64,000 nucleotides of DNA, taken from NCBI RefSeq assembly GCF_009914755.1, contig NC_060945.1. One strand, 5' to 3'. The notes under the pieces are model-generated. The model saw only the letters and a program-made list of their open reading frames with translations, did not search any database and was not told where the DNA came from. Below, piece by piece: positions 1 to 15,739 of this stretch (positions are counted from its first letter, which is position 1; each line of letters begins with the position of its first letter). The translations under genes were made by a program, and so were the position numbers. The DNA is from the human T2T-CHM13v2.0 reference genome, Homo sapiens.

Positions 1-130
1 TCTGAGCCAAGATTTTTATTTCCAAACTGAGATAATAACACTCACCAGTAGTACAGTTGTAATCATTAGAGATAATGTTTGTAAAGTGTTTGGCATCAAG
101 TAGGCTTTCACTATGATATATAATAGCTGT
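1..130 (+). mobile_element. MIR fragment
   Basis: Degenerate MIR core (gataataacact...gttgtaatcattagagataatgtttgtaaagtgtttggca). Confidence 0.5.
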
Positions 131-1076
131 TACCACTGTTTTTGTTCTATCATTGTTATTCTTTCTGCAAGCCTATCCTCGGAATGAGTCACTGCATGAA
201 TGCAGGGAACGCAGCCTTTGGTAACATTAACCCTTAAGATCTTTAGCTAACTCCCCTTCCCCTTTCTAGGAGCACTCAAACTTTTCTTAGAATGTATTGA
301 GTTAAATCCATATGCATTCTTAACCTCAAACAGCCAATGAGGAAATCTAGACTAGAGACACTGAAAATGCAGGGGAGGGTGTGACGGTTCCACATAAATA
401 TCACTGCTAAGGAAAAGTCCTTTCAGGGAAAACACCTCACTCTCACCTGTGTGGTTCGATTGTAAATACCTGACCTCCAGGATTCCTTGTCTGTTAATGA
501 TGAGTCTGTTCTTACTTGGGTAACGGCTTCACTGAAGAAACAGAACAAAAAGCAGGTAGGAAAGAACACAAGAATCCCTATGATTTGGGAAAAGATGACA
601 AAGGGAAACAGACATGAGAGAGAAAGGAAGAAAGAAGAGAGAGGGAGAAAAACTGTCTTCCAGAGAGAAAGCAAATCGATAGTAGACACTCTGTGGGGAA
701 TAACTGTGGTAGAAATAGAATGGAAACTGAGCCAGGGTCATTTATTGTTTTGTGCATTCTGTTATAGGAAAGAGCATGAATAACAAAGAAATCTGTCCAC
801 AGACATGGAACACCCCCACGACAGAACAGGCCATTTCCAATGCTATGGGTTTGTTTTTTTTTTCTATTTTTACTTTCTAAAATGAAATAGCACAATACAT
901 TCTAATGGCTGCTTAGGTTTGTAGCTTAGTTGTCACTGGACAAGAGGAGGAGGTCTAACTGCTCCTCCCAACCTCACCGGAGGTGGATGAAAATGCAGCC
1001 CTTTCTCTGCCTAAAGGCATCATTCTCAAATATGTGATTTTTAAAGTTGCCTCTATCTCCTAAGATACACTCATGA

Positions 1077-1568
<492 letters not shown>

Positions 1569-2014
1569 TAATCTTCCCCTGAGTACAGCTCAGAACCCAA
1601 CCCCTATGACAGGACTTCAGTCTAGCACCCTGCATCTCTCCTTTCAATGACCCAATTGCCTGGCTGAAATGAGTAAATGCCATAGGAATGAGATCTATAT
1701 CAATAACTATCAACGTATGCTCTATATTAAACATTCTTAAAAGCCAAAAGGACTATTTTGTAGGGGCTACCACACTAATTAGAAGGCAAGCTCTTTTTAA
1801 ATACAACCGCTCATGTATACTAAACACAATCACTCTCGAATACTGTTACACATACTGTGGTTCTAGTGTTGTTGACAAGTAGATTATTAAGTAAACCAGT
1901 TGATTCATGGATTACCCACGCACATTAAAAAGCGGAATTTGGCAAATGTAAACAAGCTATTTGGGCTTATCAAAGCTATGTTTAGACTATTGCTTTTTGG
2001 TTATTAAAAAAAGA

Positions 2015-2458
2015 AATTCTCTTTGTAACAATTGTGAATGGAAGTTCATTCATGATTTTGGCTCTCTGCTTGTCTATTGTTGGTAGAAAATGTGGTACAT
2101 ACATACCACGGAATACTATGCAGCCATGAAAAGGAACAAGATCATGTCCCATGGAACTGAAAGCCATCATCCTCAGCAAACTAACACAGGAACAGAAAAC
2201 CGAACACCGCGTTTTCTCACTCATAAGTGGGAGCTGAACAATGAGAACACAGGGAGGGAAACAACACACACTGGGGCCTGTTGGTGGGTGGGAGGAGAGA
2301 AAGCATCAGGATAAATAGCTAATGCATGCCGGGCTTAATACCTAGGTGATGGGTTGATAAGAGCAGCAAACCACCATGGCACACGTTTACCTATGTAACA
2401 AACCTGCACGTTTGCACATGTATCCCAGAACCTAAAAGAAAATAAAATTTAAAAAAAA
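2015..2458 (+). mobile_element. Short L1PA 3' end with inverted 5' segment
   Basis: About 2015-2085 is antisense L1 ORF2; about 2085-2458 is sense L1PA 3'UTR plus A-rich tail; aaaaaaagaaatt flanks both ends. Confidence 0.85.
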
Positions 2459-4758
2459 GAAATTGACTTTTGTAGAAGAGAAGAGTTCCCAGGATATTTG
2501 GAATATCATGCATTCCAGACTCTGAAAGGAATTATAAGTTCCAGTTTCAACCAAAATTTTTTCCCTCAATAGTTAATTTCAAAAAAAGAAAAAGGTAAGA
2601 TGTGTATGCCATTCTCATGAGAAGAAAACAAGACCTAAAACAAACAAACAAAAAAACCAGTCTAGGCCCTAAACCTTATATGAAGATAAAGAAAGGTCAT
2701 CCTCAATTTCAATTTACTTTATATATTCTTTGAGAGGTAACCGTGTCTTATCTCCCCCCAAAATTCCTTTTAAAAGGAAATTTCCAAAGATGCTCTATTC
2801 TGTGAATAAAGCATTGTGCCACAGCCGAGAGGATCCAGCAATGAACATGAGATTGCCCTTGATTCATAAGGTCTACAAGCTAGTAAGGATAGAGAACACT
2901 TTAAAATAAAAAAAAATAGTTTTTGGTATATTTATATTGTATATTTGGTATAATTGAGTTTTCTACATTCTCATATATGTATTTCATATTTTGAAGAATA
3001 TGCAGAAAATAATCAAGCTTCCAAATAAACATTTTTTTTTAAGAACTGCACAAGTGAGAATTTAGGAGAATAGAAGATCAGAGGGCTGCACGGGCTAAAC
3101 TAGACAATGAGCCCATGCAAGTAAGTTAAGAGGAGAAGCGGGTAAGTATGCACCTGCTTTGTCTAGGAGACCAGCAAGCATTTAGTAATAGTCTTTTCAA
3201 AACAACAGCTCCTTATATTGTCAAATCTCAAGAAGTAATATTTATGGTTAAAAAAATCTCAGACCCAACAGAAAATCCATGAGGGAGATGGTTTTGGAAA
3301 CGCAGAATTTTCAGCTATGATATCCTTTTATAAACAAGCAGATACTTTCCCCAAATATAATTCAATGCCTCAGTCTACCTCCTGCTGAAACCACTAACAC
3401 CACCACTAAAGCTCGACTATATGGGAAAATTTAGGGGTCACTTTCAAAATATGTCCTAGCATAAAGGCAATTAAAAAATGTAAAGCACCAAAGATGCAAG
3501 AGAGACATAAATGAATAAAATATCTGGCACGAAAGTTTTCAAAAGCTTGGGAATCTGATTCAAAAAAAAATAAAATCAGCCAAGCAGTGTTAGTAAGTTA
3601 GCCAATCAGGTTTCAAGAAGGCAGAAAGACAAAATCAACATCACCAGCATTTGACACCGCTACTGGGGGAAAAAAGGGGGATGGAGTTCGTTTATGGCCT
3701 TTTTAAAAATGCCATTACTTGGACAAGAGTCATAACAGAGAAGCACTGCTTATTTCAGTTCTGTGAACTGTAAATATCAGAGCCAACACCCAGAAAAAGT
3801 TCACCATTAGCCAATTGGTTTTGCCTGGCCAATTGGAGATGGTAATAGGCCTGCTATGGATGACATTCTTTCTGATATAAGTTGTTTCTTGCTTTTTCTC
3901 CCTCTCTACTGTATGTCTTTAAATTCTTTATAACATTCCTTTCTCACTACTATTCAATTAGCTTTCAGATGAGTGAGGAGCACCTACACACCAAGATTGC
4001 CACTGTACCAAGTATCATCACAAGAGTTCACAACCAGCTGCTTAAAAGTAATTGGCATCATAATGTGCAGAAAAAAATACTTTTCTAATGGTTGCCTGGA
4101 AGATTTATATCACTAAAATGTAATTAAAAAGTAGATTTAGAAATATACTCAGCAACCAAAAAGATTAAATATTAATGTGAAGTGTAATTAATAAATTATA
4201 CATCTCTTGATTACTAATGGCTTATTGACTGTAAAAGCATAACATTATGGAATATTAGGGCAAACAAAGGCTTTTGGGGAATATTGTTCAGCTTCAAGGA
4301 TGCTGCTGCTGCTGCTCTTGAATTTCCAGAAGAAATCCTGATTTTTGCAGAGAAAATAAAAATTTGCCTAATTATTTCCATTAACATTCTTTACTCATTC
4401 TATATGTCACTGAGTGTGTCGTTCTTTACAAAATGAAAACTTGGTAGTTTCCTGAATCCTTTTTTATTGCACTAAGACAATTTCTGCTGCATGTTCTACT
4501 GGCTATCCGGTTGAAATTAAGTTTTACATTTAAAAGTAGTTCTGAACCTCTTATACAAAAATAAGGTGTCTAATACCATTGGCAGTGACATCAGTACAGA
4601 TAAATATCTGGAATGAGGTGGGTGTGCGATGGGTAATGCCTGCAGGGCAATGCAGTCTGCAGAATAAGACAAAACCATGGATAGAGAGAGGGGGCTATCC
4701 AGACATCAATAAACATATGTAAACTGCAATCACCTCACACTCTCTTGAAAAATTTTCA

Positions 4759-5082
<324 letters not shown>

Positions 5083-5230
5083 TTATAGAAAGTGCCTTGG
5101 GGGTTATGTAGCCTACCAGCTTCATTTTATATAAGAATTTGGAATTCTCTTAGGCAACGCAGTCACATGACTTAAGATTTCAAGGATAGTCAATGGCAGA
5201 ATGGGAGCAATAGCTCAGGTTTCCTCACAC

Positions 5231-5514
5231 TGATAGCAATAGGAAGCCAACAAATTCTTAGGCAGACAGGGATGGGTCCCTGGTGAAACTCGACCTTCAA
5301 GCCAAGGACAGTCTGAAGCCCTCAAACTACCAGTTCTGGACAGAGTCCACAGACTGCAGTGACAACTTCCATTCCCATTGGGTGCAATCAGCCCCTGATT
5401 GGTCCCAGGCCAAGGTTCCGGGCCAAGCCTTCCCTTCAGCCCCCAGTTTGTCCCAGGCCAAGCTTTCACTTCAGTCCCCGATTGCTTCTTTACACTATCG
5501 TACCACTTTCTGAA
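5231..5514 (+). mobile_element. 5' part of an ERV1 LTR (LTR27/LTR28/MER50-like), 3'-truncated
   Basis: Starts tgatagcaatagg...ggcagacagggatgggtccctggtgaaact...cttcaagcc; internal ctgattgg/ggccaag repeats; ends abruptly where the inverted-repeat arm starts. Family uncertain. Confidence 0.6.
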
Positions 5515-5996
5515 TGAGACAGCCCTGGGAAAGGGCAGGAAAATGCCACACACAGAGCCCGGACACAGTGACTACACCTAAGTGAGTGCTCCGGGACTGT
5601 GGGCAAAGCACAGTCAGTCATCCTGAGTGAACATCCAGAAATAGGGACCTGATCAGTTTCTCCTCTTGCTTGAAGCCCGGGAGGTTCCCTTCTTGGAAGG
5701 TGTGGGGCTTGTAGAGAGGAAGTCACCTTTGTCTGAAGAGAAGATATCCCTTAATTGTGGTGCATATGGCCCCAGGTGCAACATGGTTAGGGGAGGGCAC
5801 ACAGCCTGGATTCCTGCCTCAGCCTAACCAGCACAGCCTCTGCATGATGCAGAGACAGGCAACAGGATTCTGGAGTCCCTCCTAATCTAGCCCTCTCCTC
5901 CCTCCTTGCAGCCTGGCTTCTGTGCCTGCTCCACAGGGCAGCCTAACCTGCACAGCCCGCCATCTGCATGATGCAGGGACAGGCAACAGGACTCTG
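5515..5996. repeat. Left arm of ~480-bp inverted duplication (partner 9871-10369)
   Basis: Manual alignment to the reverse complement of 9871-10369: first 78 bp identical, roughly 90-93% overall with small indels. Confidence 0.95.
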
Positions 5997-6354
5997 TCAT
6001 TTTGTTGCTTCTTTTCTTTGACCACCAATTCAGTAGCTGACAACAACAAAACCACCTGGAAACTATGTGGACAAATGAACACGGACTCCAAGTCTCCAAA
6101 ATACAAACTCATTTGCTCAACTCTAATAGAAATTGTATCACTGGAAATTACTTTTCTAATTATACATAATAACATAATCAACAAATCCTTATGACGCTAT
6201 ATTTCTGCAGGCAAACAATGTTCAATGTCACCAGCAAGACTACTTATTTAACAAGGAAATTTTTTTAACTGCTTAACAAATCATCAGTGGTTTAGAAATT
6301 TCATAAAATTTCTCATTTCAAAAACGAGAAAATTAAGGCCTTGCGGGGTTAAAT

Positions 6355-7308
<954 letters not shown>

Positions 7309-7970
7309 AAATGACTTAAGATCCCACAGTTATTTTAAAGTAATACATTACTCAACTGGTATTCATTTTGATGCCATTATTTTATTTTATAAAACTAGTC
7401 ATCCTTGCAGAAGTGTATCTGCTTAACTCTTGACAACTACTTTGCCTATTTTATTAACAGCTGCATTTAACCCACGTGACAGGATAACTAATTTCTATTG
7501 TTTTTTTATTTTTGCCTCCTCCTTCCAAGATAGCAGTAGAGTACTGTGTTAAATCTTGCTTCAGAAGAGCTTGTTTAAAATAGTTATAAAGAAAGTAAAA
7601 TACATAGAAAAACACGTTATAATTTTAAATTAAAAAAGAAAAAAGATGTCTACTCTGAATAAATTATGCATACACATAAGGTCTGAACAAAAACATGAAA
7701 AGATGGGCTCTGAGTATCAATTTTAAAAATCTTTACCAGTATAACATTACTCAAACAAAAATTAAAATTTAATATAATTAAGTACATATTCCAAGACAAC
7801 AAATGGACCTTGACTGTTAATTCTGGAAAAGATCCCAAATACTTTGACCAGTAGTGCCTAAAAGTATAAAATTTATCATGTGGCATTTTATCAGACATGC
7901 TGTGGTTATTTAATGAGACTCACTTTTGCAGTTTCTGTTGGTAACACAAACATTTTGGACTTTCATTGTT

Positions 7971-8277
7971 TACATCCACAATCCCTTATGACAACGTCAA
8001 GATCCAAAAATTTCTGGAAACTGAAATTTTTGTGCTAATTCATCTGGGGACAAATCCTGTCCTGAAGAGACATATAACTATTAATAGTCCTTATCCCACT
8101 AATGGGACTACTGATACTTTTGACTATAGAAATAGTAACAATTTTGATTGTGGAGCGATGTTGCAAACCCTGTCAGGGCTGTTACAGCGTGTGTGATGCG
8201 GGTATCATAGGACCTTCCAAAATCGGAAAACCTCCAAATTTCAAACCTCGGTTCAAGAGATAGATGTTGGGCCTGTA
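7971..8277. mobile_element. DNA transposon MITE (MER96B-like)
   Basis: Termini tacatccacaatcccttat ... gatgttgggcctgta; internal atccaaaaatttctggaaactgaaa motif. Confidence 0.55.
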
Positions 8278-9499
8278 TTCTGTCCTTTTTCACTGTGGAA
8301 TGTCGTCATCCTCTAAGGAACAGCATCCAAATCCCTTTGCTGTGCTTCCTCCCTTGATCACAAGCCACACATAACCCAAACTTGAGCAGCATTTGGTGTT
8401 AATCACCTGAAAACTTCCCAGCAAAATGAGTCAAGGAAAACCATCCTTGGCACTAGTGGATGGTTTGTTGGAAACCCACAAAGATAGACTCGGGATCGTG
8501 GGCTATAGAAGTGGTGACAAGTGAAATCTAACATATGCTATTTTAAATACTCATCTGCCTAATATATTCTGGAAGCTCTCAAGAATGTAAGACACTAATA
8601 TCTCTAAAATGTTTTCTATTTTAAAATGAATAACAGTAAGGGTCTGTGATTTGGTTTTGAAAGAAAATTATTTCCCAGTAATTTAAGCACCAAAAATATA
8701 GAACAATATAGTATTTTACATTTATGCAGAGGTGCTCTGGAAGCGGAAAAATAAGAACAATTAAGCTTTGAATATTTCAAGTTTTAAATAAATTTTAATA
8801 TTTGGAAAAAGAGGTCATTAAATGTTCAAATCCATGCGGACTCATACATATCTGTTACACAAAAGCATCTTAGTATCCAAGTTGACTTTTTCTTGAAATA
8901 AGCAGTATTTTCTACCACTTTATAACCAAATCTTAGTCTATGTCTTCCTGTGTAAATTCATCAAATTTACCAAATGAACAGGCAGCACAAAGAGAGCCAC
9001 TGAACCCTCAATGAGTAAAGGACTCCATGGGTAAGTCATATTTTGGGTAACATATTAACACTTTGGAGTCTGCTCAGGGGCTGTTTAGCATATTTAAATC
9101 ATGAATAAGAAAATCAACATCAATTAATATTGTCCCTGTGCCCGGAGGATACTTAGCACTGTCTATTGGACTCATGTGGAAACAGTCATTAACTGTCTCT
9201 GTTCTCAAAGGGCACTTTCCAAACATACGATAACACCCATCTGGTTCTTTCCCCAAACCTCAGAAAACCAACAGAAAATGTAATTTTAGCAAATTAAGAG
9301 ACTGTTTTTTAATGGATACTGTACATCAGCTGGCTTAAATCTGTGTCTTTGAGGTGGTAGAGGAAGGACTGGGAGAAATAAAGGTAAGAGGCAGAGAACT
9401 GATGACAAGAACAAAGAAAGTAGCAAAGGCTGGAGAGAAGGCTCTGGTTCCTTGGGCTGGGTGTCCACAGAGTATCCCCTTCCCCAGGGCACACAGTTC

Positions 9500-9815
9500 A
9501 TCCCTGCATTCACTCATTCATTCATCTCTGTGTCCCCAGAGCTTGTTCTGTGTCAAACATTGTCCTGGGTTCTGAGGACAACAGAGGGAATAAAGTAACC
9601 CTTACCCTCAAATATACAATGGGGACAGTAGTGGTCCCTACATCTTTGGGTTATCGTGAAGATTAAATGAGCCATCAGAATAAGGCCCAAAGCATATCTT
9701 ACAAGGCACAAATGCCCTGATATTTTTTAATAAAAAAACTAAAAGAGTCTAGTTTGGAAATGGACACATAGACATTTTAAGTGCAGTGTGATGAGGGAAA
9801 ATAGAGGATACAGCA
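9500..9815. mobile_element. L2/MIR fragments
   Basis: cattcactcattcattcat L2 terminus followed by degenerate L2/MIR sequence. Confidence 0.45.
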
Positions 9816-9818
9816 GAA

Positions 9819-10083
9819 GCAGAGAATCCAGGCTGCAGGAGGGAGGAGAGGGGAAGGTTAGGAGGGGCTCCAGAATCCTGTTGCCTGTCCCTGCATCATG
9901 CAGCCGGCAGGGCTGTGCAAGTTAGGCTGCCCTGTCAAGCAGGCAGAGAAGCCAGGCTGCAGGAAGGAGGAGAGGGCTAGATTAGGAGGGGCTCCAGAAT
10001 CCTGTTGCCTGTCTCTGCATCATGCAGATGGTGGGGCTGTGCTGGTTACGCTGCCCTATGGAGCAGGCAGTAACCCAGGCTGC
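9819..10083. repeat. 124-bp tandem repeat, ~2.1 units
   Basis: gcagag/taa..ccaggctgc recurs at 9819, 9943 and 10067; cagaatcctgttgcctgt at 9871 and 9995. Confidence 0.9.
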
Positions 10084-10369
10084 GTGCCCTCCCCTAACCA
10101 TGTTGCACCTGGGGCCATATGCACCACAATTAAGGGACATCTTCTCTTCAGACAAAGGTGACTTCCTCTCTGCAAGCCCCACGCCCTCCAAAAGGGGAAC
10201 CTCCCAGGCTTTAAGCAAGAGGAGAAACTGATCAGGTCCCTAATTCTGGATGATCACTCGGGATGACTGACTATGCTTTGCCCACAGTCCAGGAGCACTC
10301 ACTTAGGTGTAGTCACTGTGTCCGGGCTCTGTGTGTGGCATTTTCCTGCCCTTTCCCAGGGCTGTCTCA
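9871..10369. repeat. Right arm of inverted duplication (partner 5515-5996)
   Basis: Reverse complement of the left arm. Confidence 0.95.
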
Positions 10370-13300
10370 GAGGTTGGGAGAAGGGCCAGACTCTCTAGTA
10401 GACTCTGACACCACCTAGAAAAGCTACCTGCATAGGCCCCCCAGTCGGGGGTGCTGAGACTGCCTACTTAGTTGCCAGCACATCCAGGTGTGGGCTAGCC
10501 TGTGGGCCACGTGTCTTCAATAAAGAGGGGGACACTGGAAACCGGCTAGTACCACATAGGGCTGAATGCAGCTGCTGCTGGGGTTCATGTTCCATCAGTT
10601 AAAGTCTAGAGAGAAAGAGAGGAGTGCAATCCCAAATACCCCACCTGGAGGTGGCAGCATGAACTCCCTGGCAGGTGACATAACAGGGACACAGCAGGAG
10701 GCGAAGGTCATATTCGAGGTGGTTTCTGCATCTGTTGAATGAGCCTTGGGAGCCTGCTGTGTGCGAGGCCCTGAGCCAGGGCCCCGGGGATTCAAAAGTG
10801 AATAAAACACAGCTCCAGGGTGCATATTCAGCTGCAGCAGACAGATGCACAAGTACTTGAAGTAAATGGTTTGAGGGATGGTGCTATCAGCATACAAGAC
10901 TCCACAGAGGCTATAGAGAGAGAGGGACCAGTTCTATATGGCAGAGACTCAGAAAAGGGTTTTCTGAAGGAAGCGAGCTGTGGACTAAGATTGAAGCTAA
11001 GGGGCAGGGGTGGGGTGCAGTTCTAGGTGGATCCTTTGCCACACAAGCAAAGAGAAAGAAGCTGGAAACAGCCTGCAGCCTCTAGGAAATTCAGGGACTT
11101 TAGTACAACTGGAAGGGGGTCAAGAGGAGGCTCTACCAAGACAGGAGGCAAAAGGGAGGCTGGTCCAGGCCAGAGACTTGAGGCACTGGAATGCCAAGTG
11201 AAGGAATCTGGTGTCCTTTGGGTAAGAGTAAGCAAGGGCCCCTGAACTTGGGTAGTAATAGCAGATGTTGCAGAGGAAACATCAGCAGGATTTGGCACCA
11301 TATTGCCAGGAAGAGGTGAAGTAGCGCAGTAGGCTAAGGAGGGCTCCAGGCAATAACAAGGATGGAAGCAATAATGCCAGCACCACACACCAGCCCTTCC
11401 TGTGCACAGAATACACGGTCCCATCCATGCCCAGGGGCTTGGCACTGGTAGTGGCAGGGCTGGATTGTCACTGACGCCCCACCACTGGCTCCACTGGGCC
11501 AGGCTGAGCTTTCTGCGTGGAGGGAGCCGGGGCCAAGCGATGTAGGTGCACCCTGGAGAAGGTGAGGGGCTCTAGTCCCAGGCTCCTTTTTCGTTTCCTG
11601 GCCTCCCTTGTGATTGTTTCCCTCCCTTTTACCATCAAGTCACCCTGCATACTCCACTGTATGAACAGATCACACGATCTGCCTTCAAATCTGCTCTTGA
11701 GAACCCCGGGCAAACACATACTCCTCCTTGCCAAGAGGCTTCTCAGTTCCATGTCCAAATGCACTTGCTCCATCATCCAAGGCCTGTGCTCTAAGAGAGA
11801 GATCACTGTTTTTAGGTAGAGTTAGAGCTGGCAGACAATGCCCAATACCCCCACCAATTGCTTAGAGCATTTATCAGTCAGGGAGCAGGCTGCCCTGGGG
11901 AGTCATCTGCATCAGCTCAGGCCCTGGGCCTCACAGGACCTCTCACAATGTGGTCCTCCAGGCCCATGGCCTCCCCCAACCCATCTGTGCTAAAGGCTAA
12001 CTATGGCACCCCTCCAAGAAGGGGGTCCTGAGTTAAACCCCAAACTCCAGAGTCCCTTATCCCATCTGTTTCCTCAGTCCATCCCACCCCCCATCCCAAG
12101 GTCTTGCTCCTCCACTTTTAAACCTCCAAGGAAACCAAAAATAACTCAATACGTAGCTCAGGGCTTGGGGAAGCTACCTTCAATACCTTAGAGGATTATA
12201 TTGGAAGTGAAAACAAAACAAAGCAACCATGACTCAATCTCTCTGCCATTTATAAATTACGAAAATAAATATTCACTAATTCACAGAGGTGGTGTGGATC
12301 AACCTTTGGCTTTGAACTTTCAAGGTTTCAGAAGTTCCTAAAATTGGGTAGGTCTCTATGCCATACAAATGATTGTTTCTACTGTTAAAAAGAAAGACAT
12401 GAGGATAATTTTTTGCCCATGAATTGGGAACCTGGATAATGCTGTGATGCCATGGAGTTTATTTCAATTCTTTAGTTATGTATATAATAAAGATAAATTC
12501 TGAATTTACAGAAACTTGAAAAAAAAAAAAAAGGAAAGACATTCCTGGTGCATGTTAGTCAAACTTCTGTTTCCTGAGTAAACTAGGGACCCTTGGATGA
12601 GACTTCTAATTCCAAATCCTAACAAAGTACTACATAGGTAACATTGGAAGTTATCTAGTGCCTGTGACCTTTATTTTGCTCATTTATAGAAAGGGGATAA
12701 ATGAAACCCACCTTTCTTGTGTGGGCTCAAAAGTGACAGCATGGATGTAAGCATTCAGTACATTGAGAAGCTGGGTGCGCCCATTCTTTCCTAATGGATG
12801 AAACACACAGCATGAGACCATAAAAGCCAGAGTCCTTGTACATTATGGTCTGAGGATTTGCCTGCTTAGAAACATCAGAGACCAAATTATTCAAAAAAAG
12901 GAAAAGCCAAAAGCAAGGCTCAAAATCTTACGAAGCAAACATCTTGGGGCTTTAGGGGATGTCAGGGTTAATTCACTGCTTGCTGTCCCCCTGGTTTACT
13001 CTTCCCCTCATAGACCCCGTTTATCGAGGTCAGACCTGGACAATTCTCTGAAGACACAGAGCAGCAAATAGGAGTTAAGGGCAGAGTGAGCTGGGTTCAG
13101 CAGTAGGGAGAGGAGAATTTCTCAGCATTGTTTTCAAGCTCAGGTGAATGTCAGGAAAAGAACTCACATCATTTCCAACTGGGATCTAAGAATTCACTGA
13201 GCACCAACTATTGGCTAGAAGTATGCTGAACACTCTAAATGCCTTACCTGAATCTCATCTACCCCTCTTAGAAAGTAGGCATTTCAAAATCATACTTCTC

Positions 13301-13399
13301 TAAGTTCTTAAAGGGAACAACAAAGAAATGTGCAATGTGACTCAATGACATAAGCCGTGGTTTAAGCCTGTCTGCGCTTTTCGAGAGTAATCATATGTA

Positions 13400-13600
13400 C
13401 CATTTCGTAAGCCCCTTGCTACGTACCAGACACTGTGCCAGGTGCTCCGTATGTATTATTTCTAGTATTCCTCCCCAGATCCTACATGTCAGAGATTATT
13501 ATTATTCCCATTTTATAGATAAGAAAACTGACTTTCAGAAAAGTAAAGTTACTTGCTCAAGCGCACAGAGCATGTGGGATTTAAAGCCAGAATTCATCTT
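13400..13600 (-). mobile_element. MIR
   Basis: ccagacactgtgccagg...ttattattcccattttatagataagaaaactga MIR core. Confidence 0.7.
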
Positions 13601-13699
13601 TCTCTCTGGTCTATTTCCTCAGGATTAAAGGCTCACACTTTAAGCACTGATGAGGCAGAATATTACTGATATAACTCGTTTCTGATCTATATAGACTTT

Positions 13700-14230
13700 G
13701 GAAATATCTCAGGGTAGCCACTTCCTGGCCTACAGAACACTAATTTTGTTCAGGCAGTAACATGTCATCCTGGCTGAATTATTTGTTCTAGGAAAATCAT
13801 GAAAACCCCAATTGTCTTAGCCAGTGACTGGTTTAGTGATTGCTATGTGACTCTCTTCTGACCAAAGAGATGAAAAAAAGCCTGTTCTTTACTTCTGGGA
13901 AAGACTTTCCTCCCTGACCGAGAAGACCTGTGGAAGAGAAAGCCCTTTTGTGGCAGCTCCTCCTGCTATCTGTAACACTATCATGTGAGGACATAATGGT
14001 TGGAGCAGGGGCAGCTGTCTTGTGTGCATGAGTGGAAGGCAGTAGGCATTGCTCATACTCTAAGGATATCGGAATGAAGAAGAAAAACTTTAGAAGCTTG
14101 GTGTCCTTGTAACCCCTCAAGCCTACCCTGAGACCACTTCCATGATTTTTGTAACATCAGTAAGTGTTCTTACGGCTTAAGCCACTGTCAACAAATTTTC
14201 TATTACTCCAAATGCATCCCAGCTGACATA
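13700..14230 (+). mobile_element. MaLR LTR (MLT1J/H-like)
   Basis: gccagtgactggtttag...gtgact...ctgaccaaagagatg and terminal gcatcccagctgacata. Confidence 0.6.
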
Positions 14231-14398
14231 GTTATAAAGTAGAATCAAATCATAATTTATATTTATTCTGAAAATGAAATTTGAGTGTTTTTGGTGGCTG
14301 AGTTGCTGACTCTGAATATGGCTCTACTCCTCAAAGTCACCTAAAAGGACTATTAGTGACTTGGAGATTTGAACCAACTCTAATTCTTTCTTTGCTTC

Positions 14399-14959
14399 TG
14401 TAGGAGAGGCAAAACTTTTCCTCAACCCTCTTAGGTTCTGCAGCAGAGGTTTGCAAGTTCAACTAACGAAAGCCAGATTAGCAGGAGAAACACATACAGA
14501 TTATATTTGATGTTAATTTTTTTACATGACACAGGGGACTTCGTAGAGAAGAAGTGAAAACCTGAAAGGAACAGGTAGAATTGAGGGCTTATATACCATT
14601 TTAACAAACAGTGATAAATTTGTGGGGAAGTGACACGATAAAGAGGTTTGGGACAATAAATTGTGGGAAAAGGACTAGAAAATATACTGGGGTAACCAAT
14701 GAAACAAAAGGGTTATTTTAGGAAGGTTTATTTGTACAGACTCATCTTGGTATCATCTCGCCATCTCTGATGATACAAATGTTATCTTCTTCCTGGTACC
14801 AGAATACCTTTCTCATAGGAAATTTATGCCCTCCTTTTAGGGAGAAAAGTAGGGGGCAGATAGCCCTTCCCATATCTGCTTTTCTTAATTGCCTTCAGCT
14901 CAAAATAATCAATATGCCAAAGCAGCATATTTTGGGGTGACATATTCTGATCACTTTTA
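14399..14959 (-). mobile_element. Solo ERV1 LTR (MER31/MER67-like)
   Basis: tgtaggagagg...ctcaaaataatcaatatgccaaagcagcatattttggggtgacatattctg; 4-bp TSD cttc (14395-14398, 14960-14963). Confidence 0.75.
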
Positions 14960-15279
14960 CTTCAAAATAAATAATATATCTATGATTTTACCTATTTAAA
15001 ATATAATGTATCTTTTATATTTAAATAATTTATATTTAAGTTTTAAATATAGATATAATTAAAACATTAATTGTATAATATTGTCATAATATTACTAAAT
15101 TGCCTACTAACATTTAATCACAATGATTACTGCATTTTGCATTTAAACTTTTTAAATTAGTATGTAATTATTATAACTTAACCATTAAAGAAATGCATAA
15201 AGCAAAAGTGAAGGCTATCCCAGAATTAAAATGTACTAAAACTTCTTTTACTAATTATAAAATGAATTTACATTGTATC

Positions 15280-15700
15280 TGATCTTCACCCATGTTGTGT
15301 GTATGAATAGCTTAATTCCTTTCAAATGAGCAGTATTCCACTACACAGACATACCAGAGTGTAATTATTGATTCTCCTACTGATAAACACTTAGATTATT
15401 TCCACTTTGAAACTATTATGAAAAATGCTGGTATTAACATCCTTATACATGTTTTTTTTAGTGGAACTTTTTCGTTTTCATTTCTCTGGGCTGGAGAGTA
15501 AGCAAAGCTAAGTTGTAAGGCTGGAAAACAGAACAATGCTTGCTGCTAAGGGTGGCACAAGGGGGTTTCTGAGGTCATGGAAATGCTCTATGCCCTGACT
15601 GGTATGGTGATTGTGCAGGTATATACGTTTATCAAAACTTATAAAACTTTGAGCCTTAATGTGTGTAAATTATACTCTATTTATAAGAATCATAAAAAAG
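15280..15700. mobile_element. Old L1 (L1M) 3' fragments in both orientations
   Basis: catgttgtgtgtatgaatag...tagattatttccacttt (antisense) then ggaaatgctctat...gtatatacgtttatcaaaact (sense). Confidence 0.6.
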
Positions 15701-15739
15701 AAAAAAGAAAACTGTCCAAAAAGAATATAAGATTATGGT

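Noticed and set aside
5390-5490. Short ggccaag/ctgattgg repeats
   Set aside because: Probably native internal repeats of this LTR family.
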